Counted from the whole stretch's first letter, positions 25,801-38,503 are shown. The stretch is DNA of 63,268 bases, filler included, from Octopus bimaculoides (GCF_001194135.2; 6 parts of 5 records of this genome joined end to end with filler, not necessarily neighbours in it); one strand, 5' to 3'. Notes: generated by a model not told the origin, from the letters alone. Made by a program: numbers and translations.

Positions 25801-27732
25801 ATAGTAAAATATATACTCTATATTATACGATGTAGTGTTATTTATAAATTAATTTTACACATAGAGATATAATTACATAATAGTAACAGTATGTTTGAGT
25901 AAAAATAATAAAATAATAATAATAATTAATTTTAATAATTTTACGATATTAATTAAAGTTAATCAATATTATTGAAAATATGATTTCTTGTCTTCTTAGT
26001 AAATTCATGATACAGAGAGGGAAGAATTTTGTATTACGTTGCCGTACAGATTTAGTGTATAATGACATCCGCTAATGTGTTATTGAAAGAACAAGACCAC
26101 ATGTAACGCAGATTGTCTGTTTATATAGCAATTATATTGATAAATTTATCATGTTAATTATTGTAATTTCATTAATTACAATTGTAATTATTATATTGTT
26201 ACATTTGTATTTATAGTTACAATTGTAATTGTAATAATTAACAATTACAATTGTACAAAAAATATATATTATATGTTTGCAATTTCTTCATATTACATTA
26301 TATGCATGTATTTAATACATAGACTAGCAATAATTAGACAAACAAAAAAACAACAATTTAGAAGCGTGTACAAAAGCTACAACCTTTTCATTTCTGGAAT
26401 TAATTTGGTGATGTCTAGAAGATATTTGGTAAATTCTTTCTATACGGTGATCGCAACTCCTGTCATTCATACTCTTTGGTTTAGTTCGTGTCATAATTTT
26501 CCATTTAATATTATAACACTTATTGTTATCGTTTATTCTCCAAATACTCTTACTAAGACTTGTATTGCTAATTTTTAGGCGGTTCCTAAAACTAGTTTCG
26601 TGGTTAGCTATTCTTTTCTTAATAGAGCATGCAATTGAAATTGAAATAGTTAAGAATATTAATTCGTCTTTTTAATGACTATATAATTAGATAAAATTCT
26701 TTATAAATAATATCGATGCCCTTTTAAGAAAACATAATTAAATAACGTAATACACCTCATCTAAATTAGGCAGCCACGTAATACGCAATTCTTCCCTTCT
26801 GCATTATGAATCTAGTAGTAACAACATAACACCTCATTTCAATGATCTTGATTAAGTTTAATAATATAGAGTTATTAAAACTAATTATCATTAATTTTGT
26901 TTGATTACAATTTTGTTTTAAATATATCATATATCTCATATATTTACACCAATGCACGCTCATACATGCGTACATACACACATACATAAAGCAGATATAT
27001 ATNNNNNNNNNNNNNNNNNNNNNNNNNNNNNNNNNNNNNNNNNNNNNNNNNNNNNNNNNNNNNNNNNNNNNNNNNNNNNNNNNNNNNNNNNNNNNNNATA
27101 TATATATATATATATATATATAAACATATACATATGCTAATCGTTAATAGTACTACATTGAGAGATATGTAAATACTACATATTTTAACGTCTATACTTT
27201 TCAAATTAAACTATAGATACACATGCATAAACAAATCAATCTGGTTCGATATGATTTTATAATAATAAGTACATAGGCAGTAATATACATTGATTAAGTT
27301 AACCAATATAAATTTACGTAAATAACTGTTTTAATTTTTATTTTACTTCAAATTATATACCTATTATTATTGCTATTTTTATTTTTATACACACAATAAA
27401 AATGTATTCCTTAATTTTCTTAGTGCATTGATAAAACTGAAACACGTGTACTCTAGCCCTGATGAGATTCTACCCAAAATCATTGAAAATGATATTTTAT
27501 TCTAATCATTGGAATTGTTTCAATCTTTGAATTAGCAATTATATATACCACTGAATTGAAACTTACGTAGACTTTTTCGGACAGTATGCTAATAAACTAA
27601 TTTTAAATCCATTCTTTTTTATTTACAATTGTAATAATCCCATATATACTGAAGAGATATTCCTCAACGGTGTTGATGATTAAACCAGTGAAATTTCAGA
27701 TATAATAATTCCTTATCACAATAACATATCCT

Positions 27733-28014
27733 CAAACATAGTGGTTAGAGCATTCGTCTAACGATTGTAAGGTCGTACGTTCAACTCCTAGGTAGCGAGT
27801 TGCTCTAATCCACTCACCTGGCAAAAATTAATAGTACCCGTATTTCAACGGGTTAGCCTTGTCACACTCTGTGTCACGCTGAATCTCCGTCAGAACTACG
27901 TTATGGGTATACGTGTCTATGGAGTTCTCAGTCACTTGCACTTTAAAGTCACGAACAAGCTGTTCCGCTGATCGTATCAGCTGGGACCCGCATCGTTGTA
28001 ACCGACAGAGAGCT
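27733..28014 (+). mobile_element. tRNA-derived SINE, same 3' domain as 10945-11292
   Basis: A-box-like TAGTGGTTAGAGC, B-box-like CGTTCAACTCC, shared core. Confidence 0.75.
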
Positions 28015-30007
28015 CCTTCCTTCTTCTATATGTATGTAATATTATCTTATTTAGTATTATATTTATTGAGATGAAAATTTGAGTTCCTCCGCAAAGAGAA
28101 TTATTCCTGAGGTTTCCAAAGTCTTTTTATTGTACGTTATTTATGAATTTCGTATCACATCCGTATGAATATATGTATGCAAATGATCCGTATAACAATT
28201 ATTTCATTAAACGGAGTTGAATATACGCGATCAAATAAAATGAATTGAAGCAGATTTTGTTATTAAGGATGGATTATTCATTTATTCAATTATTCCAAAA
28301 AGCTGTTTATGTAAAATAAAGACCATGATATCAACAATAGAAATAATACATATTATTATTATATATTGTCTTTTTGTACTTATCAGTGGATTATAATTAA
28401 AAGAATTAGACGTCTGCCATTTATCTTGAGTTTTTCCTTTGTTATCATTATATTATTATTTACTTCGTTAAACTCACGAAATTTAATTCAAGACTAAGTC
28501 TTAAAGTCGTAACGTTCATATTCCCGATTTGTGTGGTTGTTTAAACTGAACTCCCTCCCATCCATATCCAAATAAATATCACCCTCGTTTATCCCTAGAT
28601 TACTCGTCAAAACAGATATGCGTATGTGCATCTACAAGCACCAAATAAGGAGCTACATATTTCCTTTTGACAGAAAAAGCTGCCTCACATAATTGAATAA
28701 ATGAGTAATTTATCATTAGCAACAAAATCTGCTTAATTTCATTTTATCTGATGACGTTTGTTGAACTCCGTTTAATGAACTGTTATAATGACAATTTGCT
28801 TATATATNNNNNNNNNNNNNNNNNNNNNNNNNNNNNNNNNNNNNNNNNNNNNNNNNNNNNNNNNNNNNNNNNNNNNNNNNNNNNNNNNNNNNNNNNNNNN
28901 NNNNNNNNNNNNNNNNNNNNNNNNNNNNNNNNNNNNNNNNNNNNNNNNNNNNNNNNNNNNNNNNNNNNNNNNNNNNNNNNNNNNNNNNNNNNNNNNNNNN
29001 NNNNNNNNNNNNNNNNNNNNNNNNNNNNNNNNNNNNNNNNNNNNNNNNNNNNNNNNNNNNNNNNNNNNNNNNNNNNNNNNNNNNNNNNNNNNNNNNNNNN
29101 NNNNNNNNNNNNNNNNNNNNNNNNNNNNNNNNNNNNNNNNNNNNNNNNNNNNNNNNNNNNNNNNNNNNNNNNNNNNNNNNNNNNNNNNNNNNNNNNNNNN
29201 NNNNNNNNNNNNNNNNNNNNNNNNNNNNNNNNNNNNNNNNNNNNNNNNNNNNNNNNNNNNNNNNNNNNNNNNNNNNNNNNNNNNNNNNNNNNNNNNNNNN
29301 NNNNNNNNNNNNNNNNNNNNNNNNNNNNNNNNNNNNNNNNNNNNNNNNNNNNNNNNNNNNNNNNNNNNNNNNNNNNNNNNNNNNNNNNNNNNNNNNNNNN
29401 NNNNNNNNNNNNNNNNNNNNNNNNNNNNNNNNNNNNNNNNNNNNNNNNNNNNNNNNNNNNNNNNNNNNNNNNNNNNNNNNNNNNNNNNNNNNNNNNNNNN
29501 NNNNNNNNNNNNNNNNNNNNNNNNNNNNNNNNNNNNNNNNNNNNNNNNNNNNNNNNNNNNNNNNNNNNNNNNNNNNNNNNNNNNNNNNNNNNNNNNNNNN
29601 NNNNNNNNNNNNNNNNNNNNNNNNNNNNNNNNNNNNNNNNNNNNNNNNNNNNNNNNNNNNNNNNNNTGTATACTGATGTTTAAGGGACTGAGAAAAGAAA
29701 GGATGTTAGGAAATAACAAGGATAATCAATACAGGAATCTGATGACTGATTTAAGTAGATTAGATGTTAAGGATAGAGATCAGGAATATATGTTGTAAAG
29801 TTTCAATTACCAAAATAAATATGTGCTAGTTGATAGTTCTAGATGACTATAATAGAAGTAAGGTACTATACATTTTGATAACTTTAGTTGTTTAAATAAA
29901 AGTCCTATTTTTTTAAAAATTTAAAAGTGCGAGTAGAGCAATGCACACATGATACCCTAAGGTCTAATCTATTATTGATTAGATTAGGATTGTTCCTAAG
30001 TTTAAAA

Positions 30008-30038
<31 letters not shown>

Positions 30039-30741
30039 CAAGAGACAAGTTAATGATGGTCGTTACATATTTTTACTTTATTATAGCAAGTTTGGCTTAC
30101 AACTGTTTCCAGTAGTCATATTGTAAATAGGTTTACTCATTTGGTTTATTGATCAATTGTGGGAAATTGAAAGACGTAAGAAAGATAATACCTTCAATAA
30201 AGCACTACAAGAATGGTTATTCTTCGAGTGTTCTGTTTGTTATTTCCAGCAATGGTTCTGGCGTAGTTATCATTTCTTAAGTGTTTCAATTCATCTCAAT
30301 TGATCAATATACCGATTGATGAAACCTATCTATAATGATAACTGTAAAGATCTATAATTAAGCAATTTTGAGACGTGACCATTAATATTTCACTTGTGTA
30401 TTATATATCATTCTTTAAAACCTGTTTGTATGAGGTACACCCACGGATTTACAAAACAGAATTGTAATGAACCATGACTTTGAAACCTACGAAAGTATTA
30501 CTGACAGTTCTTCACTAATCTAAGTAATATTGTTAACCTGGTGTGCCAACAGAGACCTTATGAAGTATATATCCCGGAGGTATAATCTCCCAATATCTTT
30601 TCTGTCATACATACATAAATATGCATATANNNNNNNNNNNNNNNNNNNNNNNNNNNNNNNNNNNNNNNNNNNNNNNNNNNNNNNNNNNNNNNNNNNNNNN
30701 NNNNNNNNNNNNNNNNNNNNNNNNNNNNNNTATATATAAAT

Positions 30742-30775
<34 letters not shown>

Positions 30776-32021
30776 ACATATGTATGTATATATATATATA
30801 TATTTCGGAATTTTCATTTGGTGATGATGAAAGCTATTGATCATGCCGAAATATAACAACATATTTTTGTACGTGTGACATTGTATGTATATGTGCGTGT
30901 ACGTGTGTCTGAAAATATGAATGTATATGAACAAATCCATTTGTTGGAAGATTGTGTTAATTACTGTATACACTTATATTTCACAATATTTATGTAACAT
31001 TTTGATGCTGCAATGAAGGTATAATATTAATTTTTATCTTATCTTGCTCGCAAAATTTCTCAATTAAGAAATGTCTGATATTGTCTCCTTCTATGATTAG
31101 TACAGAATCTAATTTCCTTCGTCAATGTATTTTTCACTGCGGTTTTCATATCATTTCTGAAGTTTAGAATTACCTTTTCTATTTCTCTACATCTTTGTTT
31201 TTGCCGAATTAATGGTATCGTCGAATTCAGGTCACCGTGAGGGAAAAGGCCGATGACATAGTAGCAGTGGTATCGCGATTTTCTTGTATCAGCAACAGGT
31301 AACATATCCAAGATTAAACATGCTGCAGGCTTCTGTCGTGTCCCCGTTTTTAAGACGACTTCATAGGAGGTTATTTTCGCTGCTCTTTCAGGCAGGTAGT
31401 CTACGGTTTATATTTCTTCGTTTTGGTTCGTTGTTGTATATTTTGTAGAATTAAAGGTATTTGTACCATTTTCACAAGGTACGATGACAATTTGTTTAGG
31501 AGAATGCTTACCTGTACCGCACCTCATACACTGTTCACCTACACCATTTCCAATGAGCTAAGTATCTAAGCAGTTGGAACTAATGAGACATAAGTACTTC
31601 GATAATTTCTTCAGCACAACGTTGATTGTATGCTATAATTGCTTTCTAGTATGTTTGGATGCTCAGTCAATGACCTGTTTCACAGAAATGTCCAGGTTAC
31701 TAAAGATATTAAAGCGGCAAATTTCAGCTTTGTATATATACGACATTGAAATACTTATGTGGGAAGATACGAAAATGGACATCATTAAGAAAAGAAGACA
31801 AAACTATATAGAAATATTTCTGCAAGGATACCGATTCTACCGTCGACCTCAAAGATGGAATTAAGGTATTCTACGACATATCCAAGGCCACGCATGATTT
31901 AGGAAGTGTAAATCGATCCTTGGAACTATTTGAGTTCTTACGTTATCGTTCAAGAAATGATGAAAGCAAAGCAGGAGTCGAATTTGAACTCTGATCATTA
32001 GAAGAAAATATGTAAGTATAT

Positions 32022-32200
32022 AGGCACAGGAGTGGCTGCGTGGTAAGTAGCTTGCTTACAAACAACATAGTTCCGAGTTCAATCCCACTGCGTAACATCT
32101 TCGGCAAGTCTTTTCTACTATATTCTTGGGTCATCTAAAGCCCTGTGAGTGGATCTGGTAGACGGAAACTGAAAGAAGCCCGTCGTATATGTATATATAT
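32022..32200 (+). mobile_element. SINE family A, 5' half ending in (AT)n
   Basis: GGAGTGGCTGCGTGGTAAGTAGCTTGC...GTGAGTGGATCTGGTAGACGGAAACTGAAAGAAGCCCGTCG, as at 35560, 43450, 61576. Confidence 0.85.
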
Positions 32201-32520
32201 ATATATATAATAATATTATTAGGGACAAAATCCAAAATTACAGGTAAAAAACTCAATTAAAATCAATTTATAAAAAATTAAATTGAGCCTTATAGATAAA
32301 GTATATATAAAATATATATAGTTTTAGGGAAAATAACCAATTTTCAAGAACTCATCGATGAAAATCCACTATCACATATAGAAAAATTAATAATTAAAAG
32401 CACAATAAATGAGTATAATATAAAGTAAAGNNNNNNNNNNNNNNNNNNNNNNNNNNNNNNNNNNNNNNNNNNNNTTAATTAATTAANNNNNNNNNNNNNN
32501 NNNNNNNNNNNNNNNNNNNN

Positions 32521-32672
32521 NNNNNNNNNNAGCAATCTTTTAGAAGAACTGAAGGATTGCTGCAATAAGTGTGTGAATCTAAGAGGGAAATACATCGAAT
32601 AAATTCATAATTAAATGATCCTCCTGTATTTTCTTTCAGCCAAAGACAGGAACTTTTCAGCCCCTCCCCTCA
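32521..32672 (+). mobile_element. Tc1/mariner right end (transposase C-terminus + TIR-like sequence)
   Basis: LEELKDCCNKCVNLRGKYIE* resembles the mariner C-terminal KC...G.Y.E motif; followed by CCAAAGACAGGAACTTTTCAGCCCC, a mariner TIR-like end. Confidence 0.6.
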
Positions 32673-32699
32673 TTTGATTTGAAACTCACAGCATCTTCA

Positions 32700-32860
32700 T
32701 TCAAACGCTGTTTGTGCTTCCACGAACAAAGACGTCTTTTTACGGTCATCGCTTCTTTCCTCGAACTACCAAACTTTGGGGCTCTTCCATTTCATTTTTC
32801 ACCCACGCTTATGATCTGAACCTCTTAACTTCCGTCTTCGCAGTCCCTTACACTAGCCGG
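32700..32860 (+). mobile_element. CR1/L2-like LINE 3' fragment, decayed
   Basis: FPRTTKLWGS...AYDLN resembles the CR1-group terminal F.R....WN.LP...Y.L motif. Confidence 0.45.
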
Positions 32861-33029
32861 CTTCTCATCTTGTTTGGGACTTTCTAATAAAATCAATACA
32901 CACACACGCACGCACGCACATGTATGTATATATGTATATATGTATGTAAGTATGTATGCATGTATGTATGTATGTATGTATGTATGTATGTATGTATGTA
33001 TGTATGGTATCAATGATATATATGTATGT

Positions 33030-33210
33030 CATTATTCAGTTATATTGCAAGATTTCTTGCCAATAGAGAAAGAGCTGGTTTCTAACCTAGATCCAAGGCT
33101 CCTTCATTGGAATTTCAACTTCAACAACAGGGTGTTTTTGTATGTATGTATGTATGTATATGTGCCGATTTGTATGTTTTGTTTTATGTATGTTTTCTCA
33201 TGCGTATAGT
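33030..33210 (-). mobile_element. 3'UTR-only copy of the RLE LINE at 3975-4385, embedded in (TATG)n
   Basis: Reverse complement aligns with 4218-4385 (TGCAACTATA.GCATGAGAA...GTTGAAATTCCAATGA.GGAGCC...GCTCTTTCTCTA.TGGCAA...ACTGAATAATG). Confidence 0.8.
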
Positions 33211-33259
33211 TGCATATCTACACCTGCTCATATATACGGAAATGTATTATCTATGTATG

Positions 33260-33293
<34 letters not shown>

Positions 33294-33304
33294 TGTATGT
33301 ATGT

Positions 33305-34200
33305 ATAATGCGCCTCGACAATACACCAAACAGCTCAGAGATGCGAACTCTGGATGCACCACTGATTTAGCTTTCCAATCACCACCAGAAAGCGTTCTTA
33401 TTGCATACAAAGAGATACCATCTCTTCAAAGCTCTTCACTGCATGTCTAGAAATGGTCACCGGAGACATTGACTGAACAAGCGGAGTGAACATCAACGGT
33501 AAGCTTCTAACACCTCCGATTCACAGATGACATCATACTCATCGCCAAAACCACAAATCAACTGCAGACCATTCTGAAAGAGCTAGACACCCATAGCTCT
33601 GCTGTAGGCCTTAAAGTGAGCCGCATGAAAACGAAGTACATACGGCCCGAAAACAAATCACGAAGCAGAATAGAAGTGGGAAAGAATAAAATTAAGGAGG
33701 CAAAGAAACGCATCTACTTGGGGCACCTGAATATGCGCCAAAACATGGATACCGATATCTCAAGGAAAATAATGGCAGGATGGAAAGCATTAACTTTAAT
33801 AAAAGATTTCTCGAAGCTAAACTTGACAAGGCCCTACGCACCAGTTTCTTCAATAGCACCGTCCTACCTGAACTCTTATACGCAAGATGTGGACTATTAC
33901 GAAGAAGGAAGAATCGCCATTGGCTACGGCACAGTGGGGTCGTTCTGGACTACCGTTGCGATGTAATTCGAGGACCGAAAAGAGTGAGTGAGATGATCTC
34001 AGAACACTGAAAGCACAATTTCCGGTGGGCAAGAAACGTCGCAAGGTTAACAGACGACAGGTAGACCCGTGAAGTTGCCGAGTGGTACGAAAGAGACCGG
34101 GAAAGGCCACTCCGAAGGCCTCCGCGATAGGAAAAGAAGGGTACAATCAAGAAAGAATTGAAGATGCATATTGTGGCCAGCGGTGTATAACAACATTGGG
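33305..34200 (+). mobile_element. RTE-1-like LINE, RT to 3' end, frameshifted
   Basis: KLFTACLEM...GVNING...LRFTDDIILIA...GLKVSRMKTKY...YLGH...AGWKA...FNSTVLP.LLYA. Confidence 0.85.
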
Positions 34201-34230
34201 ATAATAGTATTCGGTAGCTTTGTTGAGACA

Positions 34231-34268
<38 letters not shown>

Positions 34269-34275
<7 letters not shown>

Positions 34276-34468
34276 ACTTGGGGATGGTCATATTGCCAGT
34301 TTAGCCAATAAAAACACACGCACTGTATATTTGGTGTTAATTTGCTTCAGCTTTATATTACATTAATCTTAATCTTATTTCGGCCAGAGTTCTTTCGTCA
34401 CACTTCTGTGACCTCATCAGTGGTCCTTTGTTTCCTTCTTTCTTATGTGTGTCTCACCTTGCTAACTA
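34269..34468 (-). mobile_element. Penelope-associated repeat containing a hammerhead motif, ending in (TA)n
   Basis: Exact 107-bp match to 18843-18949; adjoins (TA)n at 34233-34268; other end lost in gap. Confidence 0.7.
34382..34426 (-). ncRNA. Candidate minimal type I hammerhead ribozyme
   Basis: Minus strand GGACCA-CUGAUGA-G-GUCACA(GAAG)UGUGAC-GAAA-GAAC-UC-UGGCC: core CUGAUGA/GAAA/UC, 6-bp stem II, 5-bp stem I with a bulged A, very short stem III, one extra G after A9. Confidence 0.65.
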
Positions 34469-34669
34469 NNNNNNNNNNNNNNNNNNNNNNNNNNNNNNNN
34501 NNNNNNNNNNNNNNNNNNNNNNNNNNNNNNNNNNNNNNNNNNNNNNNNNNNNNNNNNNNNNNNNNNNNNNNNNNNNNNNNNNNNNNNNNNNNNNNNNNNN
34601 NNNNNNNNNNNNNNNNNNNNNNNNNNNNNNNNNNNNNNNNNNNNNNNNNNNNNNNNNNNNNNNNNNNNN

Positions 34670-34708
<39 letters not shown>

Positions 34709-35145
34709 ATGTTTGTCGTTCATCAACGTTTGACAACCGGTGTTGGTCTGATTATGATCCCATGACTTTGCAGTTCGGTAAAAGATCCGAGATAATAGGT
34801 ACAGGGTGGGGTTGAGATCGATTAGTTCGACTAAACCTTTCAAGGCGGTGCCCCAGCATGGCCGCAGTCTAAAAACATAAGCAAGTAAAAGATTTGAAGA
34901 TAAAAGACATGCTTTATTACTAAACAATCAGTTAAATGGAACATGCGAGAACAAACATGGCAGTACATTACATGCGATATCGGTTATTAAATAGAATGTT
35001 TGAATGCTTAATGTAAGATCTAAAAGGAACATTTCTGAGTGCTTTGTGAAGGTTAATTGCCGGGTTAATGGATTGAGCATTGATGTTACGGAACAATAAG
35101 TTGATGATATCTAACCAGTATTTCTCAAAATAAGCAATTACGATT

Positions 35146-35324
35146 GGTTTCAAATTTTGATACGAAGTCAGCATGAGATAAATCGATTACATGGAATCCC
35201 CCTGCTCGACTGGTACTTATTTTACCAAACCTCTGAAGGATGAAAGGGTTAAGTCGGCCTCAGCGGAATTTGAACTCAGAACGTACAGCCGCCTGAAATG
35301 CCGCGAAGCATTTTCCCTCGCTGC
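35146..35324 (-). mobile_element. SINE family B, inverted
   Basis: Reverse complement of the family B body; bounded by direct repeats ATTGGTTTCAAAT. Confidence 0.8.
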
Positions 35325-35337
35325 TATTGGTTTCAAA

Positions 35338-35557
35338 TAAGGTGGTGAACTGGCAGAATCGTTAACATGCCGGACAAAATGCTTAGAGGCATTTCATCCG
35401 TCTATACGTTCTGAGTTCAAATTCCACCGAGGTTAATTTTGCCTTTTATCCCTTTCGGTGTCGATAAAATAAGTACCAGTTAAACACTGGGGTCGATGTG
35501 ATTGGTTTATCCCCGTCCTCGGACTTAATGGCCTTATGTCAAAATTTGAAACCAATA
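35338..35557 (+). mobile_element. SINE family B, near full length
   Basis: Starts TAAGGTGGTGAACTGGCAGAATCG, ends ATTTGAAACCAATA like the 808-1020 copy. Confidence 0.85.
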
Positions 35558-35559
35558 TT

Positions 35560-35955
35560 AAAGTGGCTGTGTGGTAAGTAGCTTGCTTACGAACAACATG
35601 GTTCTGGGTTCAGTCCCACTGCGTGGCACCTTGGGCAAGTGTCTTTTACAATAGCCTCAGGCCGACCAAAGCCTTGTGAGTGGATTTGGTAGACGGAAAC
35701 TGAAAGAAGCCCGTCGTGTATATGTATATATATGTATGTGCGTGTGTATGTTTGTGTGTCTGTGTTTGTCCCCCCATCATCGCTTGACAACCGATGCTGA
35801 TGTGTTTAGGTCCCCGTAACTTAGCGGTTCGGCAAAGAGACCGATAGAATAAGTACTAGGCTTACAAAGAATAAGTCCTGGGGTCGATTTGCTCGACTAA
35901 AGGCGATGCTCCAACATGGCCACAGTCAAATGACTGAAACAAGTAAAAGAGTAAA
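35560..35955 (+). mobile_element. SINE family A, near complete, with internal (AT)/(GT) microsatellite
   Basis: tRNA-like head, central GTGAGTGGATTTGGTAGACGGAAACTG domain, 3' domain ending CAAATGACTGAAACAAGTAAAAGAG; matches 61576-62637. Confidence 0.9.
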
Positions 35956-36004
35956 AGATATCAAGTATGTAAGTGCTAAACTCATATTATGTTGGTACTT
36001 AAAT

Positions 36005-36224
36005 ATATTCTTTTCTACTCTTGGCACAAGGCCCGAAATTTTGAAGGAGGGAACCAGTCGATTAGACCGATCCCAGTGCGCAACTGGTACTTATTTTCTC
36101 AACCCCGAAAGGATGAAAGGCAAAGTCGTCCTCGGCGGAATTTGAACTCAGAACGTAAAGACAGACGAAATATTGCTAAGCATTTCGCCCGGCGTACTAG
36201 CGTTTCTGCCAGCTCACCGCCTTA
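36005..36224 (-). mobile_element. SINE family B, inverted, with 13-bp TSD (1 mismatch)
   Basis: TTGGTACTTAAAT 35992-36004 and TTGGTACTCAAAT 36225-36237. Confidence 0.85.
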
Positions 36225-36889
36225 TTGGTACTCAAATGTATTGTAAATATAAAAAAGCACCATGATCAGCGAGGTTCAAAACAACGACCTGCATATTTAT
36301 TGTTAATGCATTCCGACAGATTCAATCGCAAATATGCTAAACGCTGTTGTTTCCGTCACAGGACAACGTCTCCTTTACGACGTCAATATCTTCATAATAT
36401 TCGATTCATTCATGCAAGGGATTATGCAACACCGGTGTTTCGACATACTGCGTCTTGTCAGCCAGGAGGACTAAGGAATCTAAACAGGAGCCAATTGTCT
36501 TGTTTTGAATTCCAGTGAACAAATTGTTCGTTGACCCTTTCTTATATTTATCAACTGATAATAAATCGTTACATACGCAGTGAAAAGCAAATATCCGTAA
36601 CAATGTCTTGCATATTTCTTCTAGAACGTTCCGGCAAATTAGAGCGTAAATGCGTTAATCGCAATTGTGTTCGTTACAGGAGAATTGTATCCAATTTACT
36701 AATGAGTTGAAGGCGTTATGGAGTCAATAGTTGTAAAACAGGAGCTGTTCTGTGACGAACACAACAGCGATTAACATATTTACGCTCGAGTCTGCTGGAA
36801 TGTAGTACGAATAAATTAGCAAATAATTGCTTCCACGTTTCAATTATATTGTTTTATTTTAAAAATATTTAAGTAAATTATATTCTTTT

Positions 36890-37085
36890 TCTTGTTTCAG
36901 TCATTAGACTGCGGCAATGCTGGGGCACCGCACTGAGGAATTTTAGTTCAATAAATCGACCACAGGTCTTATTTTTAAAGCTTGGTATTTCGGTCTCTCT
37001 TGCCAAACTTCTATGTTATTTGGACGTAAACACACCAACACCGGTTGTCAAGCGATGGAGGGACACACACGTGAACACACGTGCA
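36890..37085 (-). mobile_element. SINE family A 3' half, inverted, diverged
   Basis: Reverse complement of about 35750-35945. Confidence 0.75.
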
Positions 37086-37091
37086 CACATT

Positions 37092-37180
<89 letters not shown>

Positions 37181-37433
37181 CCAATTCGAGGATGTCAGGT
37201 CCTCATTAGGGATGAAGTAATCCAAAAATTCCGCTGGTTAATCACTATCATATAAAGAAAGAACCTCGACGATATGTCAGGGATTAATTACCATGGTGAT
37301 AGATACTGTTAATAGTGAAAATGAGAAAATAGAGAATTATGGATGTATTAAAAAAATTAATTGTATGATATAAAGATGTTGAAATTTTTATTACAACAAT
37401 ACAAATAAATTATAAATTGTAAAGCTCTAAAAG

Positions 37434-37690
37434 GTGGAGGCGTGTGGCTCAGTGGTTAGGGTGTCAGCATCATGCTCGTAAGATTGTGGTTTCGATTCCT
37501 GGGCCGGGCGACGCATTGTGTTCTTGAGCAAAACACTTCATTTCACGTTGCTCCAGTCCACTCAGCTGGCAAAAATGAGTAACGCTTCGATGGACTGGCG
37601 TCCCGTCCCGTCCAGCTGCGGAACACATACGCCATTGAAACCGGGAAACCTGACCCATGAGCCTGGCTAGGCTTTGAAAGGGCGCAAGAG
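37434..37690 (+). mobile_element. Full-length tRNA-derived SINE with V-SINE-like central motif and 13-bp TSD
   Basis: TSD AAAGCTCTAAAAG 37421-37433 and 37691-37703; A box TGGCTCAGTGG, B box GGTTTCGATTCC; GATGGACTGGCGTCCCGTCC motif. Confidence 0.85.
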
Positions 37691-37957
37691 AAAGCTCTAA
37701 AAGAAATGACAGATGCAAAAACCTGCACATGTTTCGATTCCTGACCCTAGGTGATACGTAATTCTAAGTATTTAGGCAGGGTCATATGCTAAGAATTGGT
37801 ATCATTTTCAAGAATACGGGTTAGAATCTCGTCAGGGCTTTATGAGCTAACAGAACAAAGGTTAACATATTTCTTGAGAGGATTCAAATTACTAGGTTTA
37901 AGAAGTTAGATCCTGTATATAATACTTATGTATTTAGCTAGTGATCTATAGATGTTA

Positions 37958-38503
37958 TAGACGTGGACGCTGTATAGGAGGCAAATGCGAGTACTTGACC
38001 AGTTCCAACTCCACTGCTTGCGACGAATCATGGGAATTTCCTGGGAGAACAGAGTCTCCAACACGAAGCCCTCATCATGAAGGCCCAGCTCCAGTGGGTC
38101 GGACATGTAGTCCGAATAGACGACGCGCGTCTACCAAAGATGATCTTCTCTGATCTGGCTTCTGGAGCAAGAAACACCTGGAAGGCCACTGAGGCGATAC
38201 AAGGACAGCCTGAAAACTTCCCTTGAGGCCTGCGGCATTTCAGCCCATGGTTGGGAATCGCTTGCCTCTGACCGCGGTGCCTGGCGTCCAGCCGTCCAAA
38301 AAGGTGTTAGGCTGTTCGAGGAAAAGCGCCCCAAGAGCCTGCACTTGAAGCGACAAGCCCGAAAAGAGAGGATCCCCAACCCTACTTCTGCTGTTAGGTG
38401 CCCAACATGTGGCCGCGTCTGTGCGTCCACCTTTGGGCTGCGCTCCCACCTCCGGCGTCACTGACGTCATTGTCGAACCCCGACAGACTTCCATTATTAT
38501 TAT
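37958..38503 (+). mobile_element. 5'-truncated RTE/BovB-like LINE with C-terminal C2H2 finger and 11-bp TSD
   Basis: TWTLYRR..LDQFQLHCLRRIMGISW...QLQWVGHVVR...RLPK...RYKD.LK...DRGAWR...CPTCGRVCASTFGLRSHLRRH*; (TAT)n tail; TSD TATAGATGTTA 37947-37957 and 38504-38514. Confidence 0.9.

Noticed and set aside
27439-27490. GAAACACGTGTA followed by CTGATGA, hammerhead-like words
   Set aside because: Stems I and II cannot be formed convincingly in any topology; at best a highly decayed remnant.
31060-31864. ORFs with possible LINE ORF1 zinc-knuckle remnants
   Set aside because: The CCHC pattern is incomplete and I could not support a family assignment.
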